NCBI RefSeq assembly: GCF_052425735.1
Contig: NC_135759.1
Span: forward strand, 34,038,001 to 34,102,000
Length of the DNA stretch: 64,000 nt
Origin: Oculina patagonica
Taxonomy: Eukaryota
Direction of reading: 5' to 3'
Shown here: positions 25,673-37,415 of the stretch, piece by piece
How the letters are laid out: each line of letters begins with the position of its first letter
How positions within the stretch are numbered: the first letter of the stretch is position 1
The notes under the pieces: generated by a model
What the model saw: only the letters and a program-made list of their open reading frames with translations
What the model was told of the DNA's origin: nothing
The model's database searches: none
Made by a program: the position numbers and the translations under genes

Positions 25673-27499
25673 AAACGATTCGATTTGAAAAAAAACTGTA
25701 TCCAGAAACAATGAACGGCAAAATGAAAATTCTTAAGTAAGCATGGATTCATTCAGAATAAATAATAAACAAGTGTTATCTTTTTTAGAGTACTTCGCAA
25801 ACACGTTCCCGTATCAATCGTGCGTGACAATTTTAACGCTCTCCCTCTTTTCAGGTTAACGGCTCTATATTTCAAAGACGAACCAATAGGCGATCTGAAT
25901 CCTGAGCTGTACCAGAACCATGAAAGAACGGTACGGATAGGCAGGGACAAAGAACTAGGACAACTGAATTTAATCGTGAAATACAAACACAAGACTAAAA
26001 TCCTATCCGTCACGCTGGTCAGCGGTAAAGACTTTCCTCCGCGTGACTACTCTGGTAGCATTGATACTTGCGTGACCATTTGCGTACTCCCCAACCGTGA
26101 ACGACGGAAACAGACCGCGATTCATCGGCGGTCTATGAACCCTCCGTACAACGAGAATTTTGTTTTCAATATTCAAGTGGGTGAAGACGCTCATTCGCAC
26201 AGCTTGTTGCTGACTACATACTTTTACGACAGCCTCTCTCACGGTCACGTGTTAGGAGAGTGTCAAGTGCCACTCATTTATTGTGATTTTTCTGGTGAGA
26301 CCATTTTCTGGTGTTATCTGGATGATCCTAGTGGCTCGGTGAGTACCACAATCATGTGTCAAGACAACACCCTTTCAGTTGTAGATCAGTTAGTGTTTTT
26401 TTCTCTCAAATTTTCAAAGAAGTGCAGATTTGTTATATATGTAAACTTAACTAGCTGGAAAAAGATTCCATTGATGAAATTCGAGGGAACGAGTGGTGCC
26501 GAGATGCGAGCAATGACGTTTTCGTTTTTGATACATTTGTTTGTAGGCCATATCTAAAGGGGGACTGTACCCTATATAGAGAGCGTCAATTAACAAGGTT
26601 GCAAAGAATTAATTTAAAATTTGCTTTGTTTTTCCTGATGTTTTTCAGTATACCACCCTTGTGGGAGCTTTACAGAGTCTCGCGAATGCTGAATGTGGTG
26701 ATTTACTGCTATCTCTGTGTTACGTCACTAAGGATCAAACCCTCACTGTAGCTATTATGAAGGGAATTAACCTGGCCCAAGGCCTTCTGTCTTCTGTTGG
26801 TTAGTTTTAATCACATTAATTATGGCTGATATTTTTTTTCACCATCTTATTTATTTTTTAAAGTCTGCAGTGAACGCTCTTCGTTACGTCAAAAGCCTTG
26901 TCCTCGCTCTTTGCGTCACCCAACTCTCCCCTTTCCTCCGCGACTTATTCAAATGCACGAAATGAGGACAGACTTGTCTTTCAGTCATGTTCGATGTGAA
27001 GACATAATTTACGTTTCCTTTGAGACTAACTAACTTTTTAGCAGAATGTAAATATTTATACTAAAAAATCAAGTAAAAATGTAAAATCAGTCACAAAGAC
27101 TAAAAACTGCGACTCCTTCTTTTTATTAACACAGAAAAGTTATACACAAAAGCAACACTTCTCCACGATAACCAAAAACTTGGCAAAAGGAAAACAGGTT
27201 TGCAAGAGATCGGAGATCCTTACACGGTTTTCAACGAAGCTTTGTTGTTCCGTGTACCCGAAGAAAAGCTACACAACTGCACGCTGAAAATCTCCGTCAA
27301 CCATTACAATGTGATGGGAAAAAGTTCTACTGTCGGGGAGGTCAGCTTCAGCGCGGAGTCGACTGGGCTCGAGGATGCGCACTGGTCTAACATAACTTTA
27401 AAACACGATAAACCGGTAACAATGTGGCACACGTTGCGGGGATTCAAGTTCATGGAGACCGGACGAGATGACAGATCACAGCCTCTCTCACCAAATTAA
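23899..27499 (+). CDS. Synaptotagmin-like protein A (N-terminal TM + tandem C2A/C2B), predicted Ca2+-independent
   Basis: Exons 23899-24290, 25855-26338, 26649-26799 and 27135-27499 have consistent phases (2,0,1). TM segment ILSLTGGLIFLFVTSSVLVLGALC; linker IGDLNPELY; C2A LGQLNLIVKY...NPPYNENFVF; C2B GDLLLSLCY...VFNEALLF...PVTMWHTL. Confidence 0.88.
24406..24534. mobile_element. MITE with TGT..ACA ends and 4-bp TSD (Ginger-like)
   Basis: TIR TGTTGTGGTTCAATTTT.TCCTTG / CAAGGATAAAATTGAACCACAACA; GCTA on both flanks. Confidence 0.75.
25030..25671 (+). mobile_element. 5'-truncated CR1/L2-clade LINE fragment with 3' UTR and (TTA)n tail
   Basis: ORF 25061-25423 ends HNASTRNN...LPKVKLDFARRSFYFLGASIFNSLP...FRKAL, typical of a LINE ORF2 C-terminus. 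It is followed by a 3' stem-loop CAGGACCCC...GGGCTATCCTG and a TTA microsatellite at 25597-25671. Confidence 0.8.
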
Positions 27500-28757
27500 A
27501 CCCTTTAACCAAAAGTATCGCGTAGAACAATTTTCCTTCTCTCTATTTCATCCTATCGCGAGTCCAGAGTCCTCCTATATTGAATCAATTTCATTTCCAG
27601 GAGACGCTACTTTCCTGTATCACTCAAGAATAAAACAGAGGGGCTTGCTGGTCACCAAAGGCTCTGGAAATAAAATTATACTTTATACTACTGTACTCTA
27701 AAAATTCATTATATTATTAGTCCAGGAGCAGATCAAAATCAAAGCCTTTCATACAGTATAACTAAAATTAGTTAAAATCAAAGAAGAGGTTTAAGGCAGG
27801 CGTGCAAAATAAAGTGAAAACAGATATCTGTTCAAAGTGAACTGGCGTGCTGCATGTACCATTTATGGTCCATTCATTATCTGTTGTATGACCTTGTATT
27901 AGGGTAAAATTGTAGAATAGATTAGATTTTTTATCCTTCTGTTTTATGGTATGTGCTTTACCATAGACTGAAAGCAATGAAATAAACCAGCACTTTTACA
28001 TGGAATATAGTGTCATTGATTCAGTTGCGTTTTAGAAGTAACTCCGCTAGAGAAATAATAATAATAATAATAAAAAAACGGATTCGGCTTTTCCCTTTTC
28101 TCATCAAAAGGCACATTATTGTATTTTTCCTAAGAAGAAAGTTCTTTACGTGTGCAGCTTTTTGGAGCTGATCTGTAGCTTTACAGGACATTTCTAGCAG
28201 GAGCAGCAGAAACAGACAGACCATGCCCTGAATGATTCCTAGTCCAGTCCCTCGCGCGCCTTTTATAGGGGTTGAAACCGGCCAGGCGCGAGAAGAGAGA
28301 GTACAGGGACTGGACTATACTGATTCTGTGATCCATTGTTTTATCATTGTGGATGTTAATCAACCAAGACATAATCTTTTATTAGTTCCTTTTTTTTTTT
28401 AAAAAAAAAGATATATTTACATCGTTTGTTTGTGTCACTAAATCTCCGATCCCTGAAAAGAAGGATATTTCAAAATTATTTTCTTGTACAAGGTTACGAT
28501 GGCGTTCCCTAAAAAGAAGACCATACTGAACTAAACGGCCAGATCGCATTGCATTTATTTTTTGTTCCGTCGGTTTGAAAAGCGTGCAAACAAATATCAA
28601 ATACTTTCTTTAATATCCACAGTCTGTAGCCCACAAAAAAATACCCGTAGATGCGTGACTTTTTTGCTTCCTGAAAAGCCCGCGAGTCTATCTTCAACTA
28701 AATCTTCAACGCCCTGGGAACGAGGTTGCTTCATACCGCGGCGTTACTATCTTGCAT

Positions 28758-28809
28758 GTCACGTCACGTCAGGTCCATCATTTCCTGGAAGGAGGCGTAT
28801 AGACGTCAC
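28758..28809. promoter_or_regulatory. CRE/E-box-like motifs at putative promoter of the SLC46-like gene
   Basis: GTCACGTCACGTCA and GACGTCACG immediately upstream of a GC-richer first exon starting AATATGGCG; motif match only. Confidence 0.35.
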
Positions 28810-28819
28810 GAATTACAAT

Positions 28820-30703
28820 ATGGCGGGCGGTAGAGACGTGCGGAGAAGCATCGCGGCTTTTAATAAGATCCGACAAGAATACGACAAGAAAATTGTGAAT
28901 ACAGCAAGCTTAAAGGATCGCCGAAGATGGCCATATTCAGGTAATTAGTAATCGAAGTTTGTTTGCAAGTTTATGGTGAACATTTGACAAAGTTGGACGA
29001 AGTTTAACTATTGTATTAAGCTTAGCTTTTCCAACTTCCTCGAAACTTCCAGGTGATTTGACAACATCACAGAGCTTTGTAAACTAATCTTTCTAGTCTG
29101 ATGACGATATTTAGCTTGGTACTACTGCAGTGTGCAACTAAATCGGGGCAGTACATGGTAATGGAGGAAAATAGTGAATACAAAGTAATTACCTCCTAAT
29201 GCACCTATCAATGTAAATCCCGCGGGGGGAGTGCGGGCAAAGGCACGGGAGACAACAAGAACGATCCCCTCTGTCGGGCTGACTGCGAGTCGCGTCCCGG
29301 GGGTTGGGACATTTGACTTTGACCGGGAAGCGCCTAGATCCAATCTCAGACGCAATACCAGTTATTCCTTCTCGTGGCTGAAATCATATGCGTCAGCAAG
29401 GTACTGAGTTTTCACGGAATATCTGCCACGTTTAACGCCAGTCATAAAAGCAAATATTTTACTTTCAAGTACTTGGAGTAGGAACGGAAATCTAAGACGT
29501 CCGTGACTTTTTTAAATGAATACGAACGGTGAGAAGTGAGGATGTAAAACTACTTGTTAGTTTTGAATCTGCCCCTGGGTGGGTCCTAGGTACATTGAAC
29601 AAAAAATTTCCCACCTGGACTTGACTGCAATTTTTACTTTTCTGTCAAATCCCCACCCCTGGCCCGCACTCCCCCCCGCGGGATTAATTGATAGGTGCAT
29701 AAAATATAGCATTCTAAGATATTTTTCCTTGTTCAAATTTCTACCCCCCGGCCCTGGGTCATGATTAGAAAGGCTACCTTTTGCAACAGGGTTATTTCCT
29801 TATTTGCTTACTTTCTGTGTTTTGCAAAATACCTGTTGCCTTATCCTGGCTGCAAACAAAGATGTCCAAAATAAAATAATAGGGGACGATCATAGAGCTT
29901 AAAGTTGTGCAAGTCCTGGCAAAAAACATTGTTTAAATTATTAAACAATACCATTCAAAGTGGAACCTACCAGTGGTCATTCTGACAAAAATTAAATTAG
30001 GACACTGTATGAGGCAACTTTTTGAAACTTGAACTCTCACTGTTTCTCATGTAGTGATCAACTACCAGTACTTACAAATTTGTAGCCTATTATAAAGAGT
30101 AGAGAGGAAATGCGCTTGTTTCTCCTACGAGTGGATTCGCTAACGACCATTCGTAATGTCTTAGGTCGATTTTGCCTACGTCTAAAGTCGTTTCGCTAAC
30201 GAGCTGTAGTCACCCTTTGTTCATGCTAAAAGAACGAGGAATATTGTCGGTCATACTTTAAAGGGTGACTACAGCTTGTTAGCGAAATGTCTTAAGACGT
30301 TAGCAAAACGACCTAAGACGTCAGCGAACTGGTCGTTAGCCAATCCACTCGTAGGCAAAATGACTCAGTTACCGTAGAAAGTTTTCATTGACATAAAAAT
30401 ACCAAAACAAAAAAAATAAGAATCTCCCTGTAAACCTAATCCTCCTCACATCCTCTCTATCAAAGAGTGATCATTCCTTCAGTTTTCCTAGACTTCCACA
30501 GTTCCCCGTCGCTCACCGTTCCACGACGAGCTTGGACAGTCTACTATCTCCCCCTTTCCACCCCAGGCAAACAGGGCGTACCCTGGGCATTTGATTTGAG
30601 GTGAGCTTCATAAGCATTTATTTTTAATTTTGAAGCTCATCTTTTATTTACTCATTGATTTTGTTTGCTATTGAATTTAAATCTTTTTTTTTTTTCAGAG
30701 TAA
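28820..30703 (+). CDS. Putative spliced upstream ORF (41 aa) on the SLC46-like transcript
   Basis: AATATGGCG start; exon 28820-28940 (CAG|GTAATT) joins the acceptor at 30698/30699, giving MAGGRDVRRSIAAFNKIRQEYDKKIVNTASLKDRRRWPYSE*. Confidence 0.45.
29200..29699. mobile_element. PIF/Harbinger-type MITE
   Basis: TAA|TGCACCTATCAAT...ATTGATAGGTGCA|TAA; same family as 43879-44173. Confidence 0.8.
30124..30355. repeat. Long inverted repeat / MITE remnant
   Basis: CCTACGAGTGGATTCGCTAACGACCA ... TGGTCGTTAGCCAATCCACTCGTAGG with ~90-bp pairing arms. Confidence 0.7.
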
Positions 30704-30726
30704 GGTGACTCAACTTGTTGGATACA

Positions 30727-33700
30727 ATGGGAAGGTATTGGACTGTTGCTGTGGAGCTGATTGCATTTTTAACCTTCTTTGCAACAACTCTGCTGGAGAT
30801 CATCACTCAAAAGCACATCTACAACAATTTATCTAAGGATCACGCAAATACATCAGAGAATGTTGATTGTTGCAACTCCACTGCCGACATTGGGATAAAG
30901 ATGCAGAGTTCAGCAGATACAGAATACTGGCTGCTTTATATAAACTTGGCATCACTTTTGATGGCCATACCGTCAACAGTTCTTCTTGGGATCTGGAGTG
31001 AAACCGAGGGGCGCAAAGAGGTGCTTGTTGTCTCCTTGTTAGGTACAGTGCTGCGTGTGGCTTTGTTTATCATCGTCACACACTTTAAGGAGCCATTCCA
31101 CTTTTTCATTATTGCAAGTCTGGTGACAAGTACTTTGGGTTATAACACCAGCTTTATGGCAGCATGCATGGCCTTTATTGCTGATATTACTAGTAGCAGA
31201 CAAAGAACGTTGCGAATTGTTTTCTTAGACTGTGCCAAAGGGATTGGAATCGGCTTAGCTTATTTTATTAGTGGTTTCTATTTGGAGTGTAACTGGTTCC
31301 AGTATTTTCTCTGGGTTGTTCTTGCTCTCGGCATTTTTAACATTATCTATGTTATCTGCTTCTTAGAAAAGACGTCACTTGGCTATGATTCAACTCCAAT
31401 TTGTAGCTGCAATTATTTTGTTGGCATGTGCAGAGTTTTCAGTTTTGATCCAGGAAATGGTAGAAGATGGCGCTTACTGACTTTTGTTGCTACGTTTTTC
31501 ATTGGTGTGTTAGTTATTACTGGAACAAACAATTTGCTTATTTTGTATGCTCAAACATCACTTTCTTTTACTCTGGTTTTGACTGGCACTACTTATCAGG
31601 GGCTCTTGCATTACGTTTTATTACTAGCTTGGCTGGTGTCAAGTTATTTCAGACCATTTTAAAAATGTCCAACAACTGGCTCATTGAAGCAGGTTTGCTG
31701 TCTTTTTTTGCTGGCCTCATTTTGGCAGCGTTCAGCAGGACAACTCGTTTGTTTTTTAATGGTAAGTGCTATGTGATGTTTAGTAGGCAAGGTTACATTT
31801 TACAAGTTGTTCGGGGTGCCACTGATCTTGTTATCCCTAGTCAGTTATAAGATTCAAGTAAGGTTTAATGGACTTGTTCAAACTTAAGTCATCTTTTAGG
31901 TCAGGGGACACACTAGGTGACAAGTTGCTGCAACATGTTGCAGGGACAGGTCGCTGCAACATGTTGCCTTGTGTGACATGGTGCATTTTTGCGACAATGT
32001 ATCTCCATTGCTGCGACTGACCGCAGCGACAAAATGAGGGAAAGCAGCATGGGCTTACCCCAAGCTGCCTTAAAGCTAACTGTAGGCAAACCAGAGTGCA
32101 ATTAAGGCTTAGACTGGAGTGCCATATAGGCTAACCAATGTATTATTTAGGCTAACCAAAATGGCTTGCACACCTCGCTACTTTGCACTTTGTAACATCT
32201 TGGTACTGGTCATGATAACCTCCCTGTCATTTTACTAAATTAAATAAGTCCTGTGTCTCTATAAGCCCACCCTCCCACCCCATCTCCTCCACAAATGTGC
32301 TTGAAATAAATAAGCCCTTCAGTTGTAACTAATGTTATTCCAAAATCCAGTTATTGGACCTTGTACTTATTGGGGTTAGGGTTTCATAATTTTTGTTACA
32401 TCCAGATTAAAAATTTGTAAGACATGATTAGTGTTTCCACAAGCGTTGATCACAGGGTTGAGTCATGAGTGTAAATTTATGTTTATTTTTTGTATTTTCA
32501 GTTCCAGCATTTCAGTTTTTAGGTGCCATGCCACTAGCAGTGATGAAGGGCAGTATGTCCAGGCTGGTAGAGCCACAGGAACAGGGTAATTTTATAGAGT
32601 GAAGTTTTTTGTAAGTTTTAATGTTAATTTACTGTTGAAAATCAATGATAACCACAGATCCAAATGTGCAAAGTAGGGGGGGGGGGGGGGGGTTAGGTGC
32701 ATTATTGATTTTTTCAGGTTTAAAATTGATGCCTGGAGTTTGAAAATTAACCCTTTCTTGCTCCAAAGAGATGTGGGGTGTGGTTCCTTCAGGTCCCTCC
32801 CCTTTACTGCTGCTGGTAATGTTCAGCTTTTAAACTGCTGTCAGTCATTGGCAGTTTTTGTTTTTTAAAAATATAAGTTTAATGTACTTTTTCCTTATAG
32901 CAAGTAAGTTAATTTTGAATTTTTCTAAACAACTTTTTTCCTAGGAACATTGTTTGCAGTTGTTTCGTGTATGGAAAGTCTGGCATCTTTTCTGGGAGTC
33001 TTCATTTTCAGACATCTTTTTCATGTCACAAGTGATGTGTTTCCCGGGTTATCCTTTGTGATAGGAGCTTTATTACTGATTGTTCCAGCCATTCTTGTTG
33101 GGTATGTAAAACTGCCATTAATGAAGGCATACTTTTGTCAATTATTAAAGCCCGTAGTCATGATGAAAATGGCTCTTTTGATTTTAAAAGTGCTGATCTG
33201 TTTAACAAACACCCCGTTTTCAGTATTAAAGATTTTTGTTAATTTTTATAAATTTTATAAGCGTGATTAAAAATTGGAAGTTGATTAGAGATTAATTTAT
33301 TGGTTTGTTGTCATTGATTGATTGATTAAATGTCAAATAAACAGAAATTTCCATTTTTATTTTTATTTTTTGCCCATGTGTTTTTTAAGAGCCAAATAAA
33401 CATATCCCGAAGTTTCAAAGTAATCAGACATTGCATTGGAGAGATATTGCAAGTTGAAAAATGCTTTTTTAGTCCTTCATAGTCGTAGACTGCTCGGAAA
33501 AATTGCCGGAAATAAAAACTTGACATAATAATGGTGTTTTTGAAGACGACCGCAGACCGATTCCGCAGACCACACCTTAGAATTTAAATAAATGTGTTTG
33601 GTGACATTTCAAGCAGTTATTTTGTTCTGTTTGGCTGTTTTTCAGTTGATTGTTTGTTGGTTGTTGTTCAGAGACATAGATAAAATAGCTGAAGCGCAAA

Positions 33701-34800
33701 AAATAGCTTAAAGTTTTGTTTGCTGTCGTTTTGCATATCATGTGAGACATAGGTAGAATGCACGCTGGTATGAAAACAAATCAGCAATCTCTATTGTCCT
33801 TTCTCATTAGCATTTAACGTTAATGAGCAGAATTATCTACATGTGCGTTAACTCTGCACATGCATTTTGAATCTTGGTACATGTCAAAGCCGTTCTCTGT
33901 CGAACAACAACGTGAAATGTCCAAATTCTGCATATTTTGGACAATGTCAGCCACAACGGCTAATTTTTGGTTTTTCTATTTGGGGTTGAACCCTCTCTTT
34001 GAATATTCAGTGGGAGTTAGTTCTTAAAGCGATAAATAAGCAGAATACGTCTGGAAAGTTGCGAGATTCTCAGGTAAAACATAAATTCATTTTCCACCAG
34101 ACGATTTCGTTGATGTTGTCGTTGTCGTTGCTTATTAGCTCTCTATTGTCTTGAACTTTGACAAGCAGTGCCATCTGCGGAATCGGTCTGCGGTCGTCTT
34201 CAAAAACACCAATTATGACGTCAAAAACTCGTTCCATTCCTTCCATTTTAGTGCGCAGTCATTCAAAAACGTTTCTGTGAAGCCTTCGGAAATCTTCGTA
34301 TTTTTTGCTGTAATTTGGGCTTTGAGGCTCAGAAAGCAAAATTTTTTCTTTAATTCACTTAATAATGGATAATTTTAGTGTTTGGTTGGTTAAAATGGCA
34401 TTTTGAAATTTCTGTTCATTTGGCCTTTAATTGACAATATTAATGACGTAAAAATGCAGAGCCCGCCCATCCCCCCCAGGGACAAAAAAAAATGCTGGCT
34501 ATCATTTCAAACCTCCAATCCCTGGTGCTAAGCTAATTAAAGAAGCAACTTTTTTACACTGATACAATCTTTTAATCTTTCAGGATTATTCATAGAAATG
34601 AGCACACCACCTCAGGAAGTCTTTTCTATGAAGGTGAATCTTCAGAGTCTGACTTTGCACGACAGTGCTCAATAAGCACCAGATCAAGATCAAGCCCGCG
34701 TACTTGTAGTGTCCCTGTGGTGACGAGAGAGGACTTGAGCAGTTATCAGGAGTATAGTATTGTGACAAATGAGGATCTAGACCAAGGAATTTCTTTTTAA
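30727..34800 (+). CDS. SLC46-family (PCFT/SLC46A3-like) MFS transporter; apparent frameshift at ~31588
   Basis: Exons 30727-31761, 32502-32585, 32945-33101 and 34584-34800. Motifs GIWSETEGRK (MFS motif A-like), FIADITSSRQRTLRI, SRLVEPQEQGTLF, FPGLSF; C-tail has YSIV (YxxPhi). The reading frame switches near 31588. Confidence 0.85.
33533..34210. mobile_element. Non-autonomous DNA element with a nested interspersed repeat
   Basis: 37-bp perfect TIR GGTGTTTTTGAAGACGACCGCAGACCGATTCCGCAGA; TSD not resolved. Confidence 0.75.
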
Positions 34801-35142
34801 CCAGTGACTCTGCCCTTGCTGGTCCATTTATTTTCCCGCCTTTGGGACAAGGACATAAGAAGGAAGCCCCATAAGTAAGCCCCACATGGATCTGCCTTAT
34901 AGGCCTTGATGAGCACTATAAAATTGAAGTGACAGAAAACTGGAAGTGAAAGTAAACTTTCACTTTTGGTTTAATTATGATATTTTAAAGACAATAACTC
35001 TCAGTAAACAATGTCTTAAACTCTAGACAATTCTGAAATATGCTTATTAACGTAATAGTTTTGAGCTATCAGTATACAGGTCTCAATATTTTATTGACCA
35101 TTCATGTTTACACATTTTGGGGTCATGATCTGAATTGTGTAT

Positions 35143-35336
35143 TGTGTTGTTCCAGAAAATATCCATACCCTTTCCACAGAAGGCTTTTTGGTCTGAATTC
35201 CCCTACCTCTCTGGAAAGTCCAGTAAAGCCCCAAATTACTTTCCTCTAAAAATTTTGGCTTTTGAGACACACCACCCCCTTGGAATTTCCACTGAGCTTC
35301 CATGGGGTGGGTATGGATATTTTCTGGGACTGCACA
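35143..35336. mobile_element. MITE
   Basis: TGTGTTGTTCCAGAAAATATCCATACCC / GGGTATGGATATTTTCTGGGACTGCACA; a related end fragment lies near 3375-3402. Confidence 0.7.
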
Positions 35337-35347
35337 TTAGCATGATA

Positions 35348-35555
35348 GGGGTGGTGAATGATCCTTCAAAAAATGTGTCTCTCAAAATTTCTGCCAAATT
35401 TCAAGGGTCTTGTCGTCTCGAATTTTTCTTTGACGCCTTCTCGGAGTCTCGATTTCTTTTGCAAGGCTAAAAAGCTCTCAAAAGGTCTCGGGCTCACAGA
35501 AAAGATATCAGTCTCGCCGTCTCGCGAAGTCTCACATTTACCATTTGACACCCCC
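35348..35555. mobile_element. MITE family, copy 1
   Basis: GGGGTGGTGAATG ... CCATTTGACACCCC; colinear with 41589-41778; internal GTCTCG repeats. Confidence 0.7.
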
Positions 35556-37415
35556 GATGACAAGAAACAACAAAATAATGTTTTGCAAATCCTTTAAGCC
35601 CTGTTGTAAATGTCCACATGCTTCTTAATAATTTCCAGAGATTTCTTTAAATAAATATCGCTTCTGAGAATTACCCTATTTACATATAAAGACAATCTAC
35701 AGCTATCACTTCCTTCATTTTAATATTTTTGTGAAAGGGCATAATTATTTCAAAATAGTGACCATGAAATCTTTCGTTTGGCCATGTATGCAGTTTTTAT
35801 TCTGTGAAGTGACAGAAAAAAAAAATATTTAGTGCCAGAGATGATGGGGGGGGGGGGGGTACTCCCTACTTGCCCAACATTTACCCTGCTTTTTTCTGTC
35901 ATCAGGATGTGAGGGCTGTTTTAATTACATTTTACAGTTAACAAGTATGACTGATAAGTTATATATTATGAATAAATTATAAATGATAAGTTATAAATTA
36001 TAGTTAAATTTTTATTCCATAAGTTATACCTGGTAGTTAAATACTTTTATTCCTTAAGTTATAGTTAATAAATATTTTTATTCAATTAGATACCGTTAAG
36101 AACTCAAAAAAGAGCAACAATAAATTGCAAAATGAGAATATTGTCTGGGCATTATGCTATTGTTGTTTTTTTTTTATTGACGACTGTATTTCAATTGAAT
36201 TGTTTAACCATATTTGGTGAGCAGTGAAAAAAAATATTTTGAGGCCATAGAAAACCTTAAGTCATAGTTAAGGAAGGCTACAAAAACAAAATCTTACCGA
36301 TAGCGATCAACATTTCATTTAGATAGATACTTTATAGATAGATAAATATAAAAATGCTAGCTACTATAGATAATATAATTAACATGATTAAAAATATAAA
36401 AAATTAAAACACCTTGATTGATTAACATCGCTATAAAAAGTCCTAAAAAATAAAAACTTACAATTTAAAACGTTAAATTTCGAATGTTGCGTATAAAATC
36501 ATTATCCACCTTCTAAGAGCAGAGTACAAATAAATGAACAAAGTTATTAATTTTTAAAGAAAATGTGCTTCCTCGGTGGGCAAGTGAAACTATAACTAAA
36601 TACACAAAACCACAAAAGGAGTATAAATTTCCCGCGATATTTTATAGTTTTTCTTTGTTGTGTTACATCCAGTTTTCCTGAAAACCGTGCGGTTAAATAA
36701 TATTTTGCTTATTAGCCAAGTGACTTGAGTCTGTTGAGTGGAGAGTGTTTACTGTTTAGTTCCATATGTGTTTATCTTTTCTCTATCAGGGTTGAAATAT
36801 ATAGACCTTTGTTAACAGTGAGTGCTACAGTGGCCTTTGAAGACTAGAAGCAATTTCTCTAATCACTAAAGTGTGGCAAACTGACACCTGATTTAATCAA
36901 TAGAACACGCGATAAAAAGCATAACTACCTTATGGAAGCTTAGTGGAATATTGCGAAGTCTCGAAACTAATCGGCTTGGCTTTAAAAAGTGGGCAAATCA
37001 TTCTCTTTTGGCTATCCCATGGAAGTGTGAGAATACAAAATGCACGTCTGGTCTTGATTACGAACGGTATTTTTCACTGAAATTATATGCAGTCAGTTCT
37101 GTGCAGTGACCATTAAATTATTTGGTGGTGGACTTCTCCAGCTGTATGCACGCGTTGCGTGCGTATTTTTGATAGCCATACTCGATTTTGAACTGAGACA
37201 ATTTAACAGTAATCCCTGTGTAAAATATCAACGAGAACCGATAGCGTGCAAGAATTTAACAAAAAAAGTGTACAAGATTATCCTATGGAGTGCAATCTGA
37301 TGAACCTCACTAGGATCTTGTATGGAATTGTATGCGGGTCGTTTTATCCGTGTAGTGTATAATTGCAGCGGTTTTTTTTTCTTTTTTTTTTTCCATAAAT
37401 GTTTTTTCCCCACCA

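Noticed and set aside
25522-25752. Poly-Ile / poly-Asn ORFs
   Set aside because: Translation of the (TTA)n LINE tail.
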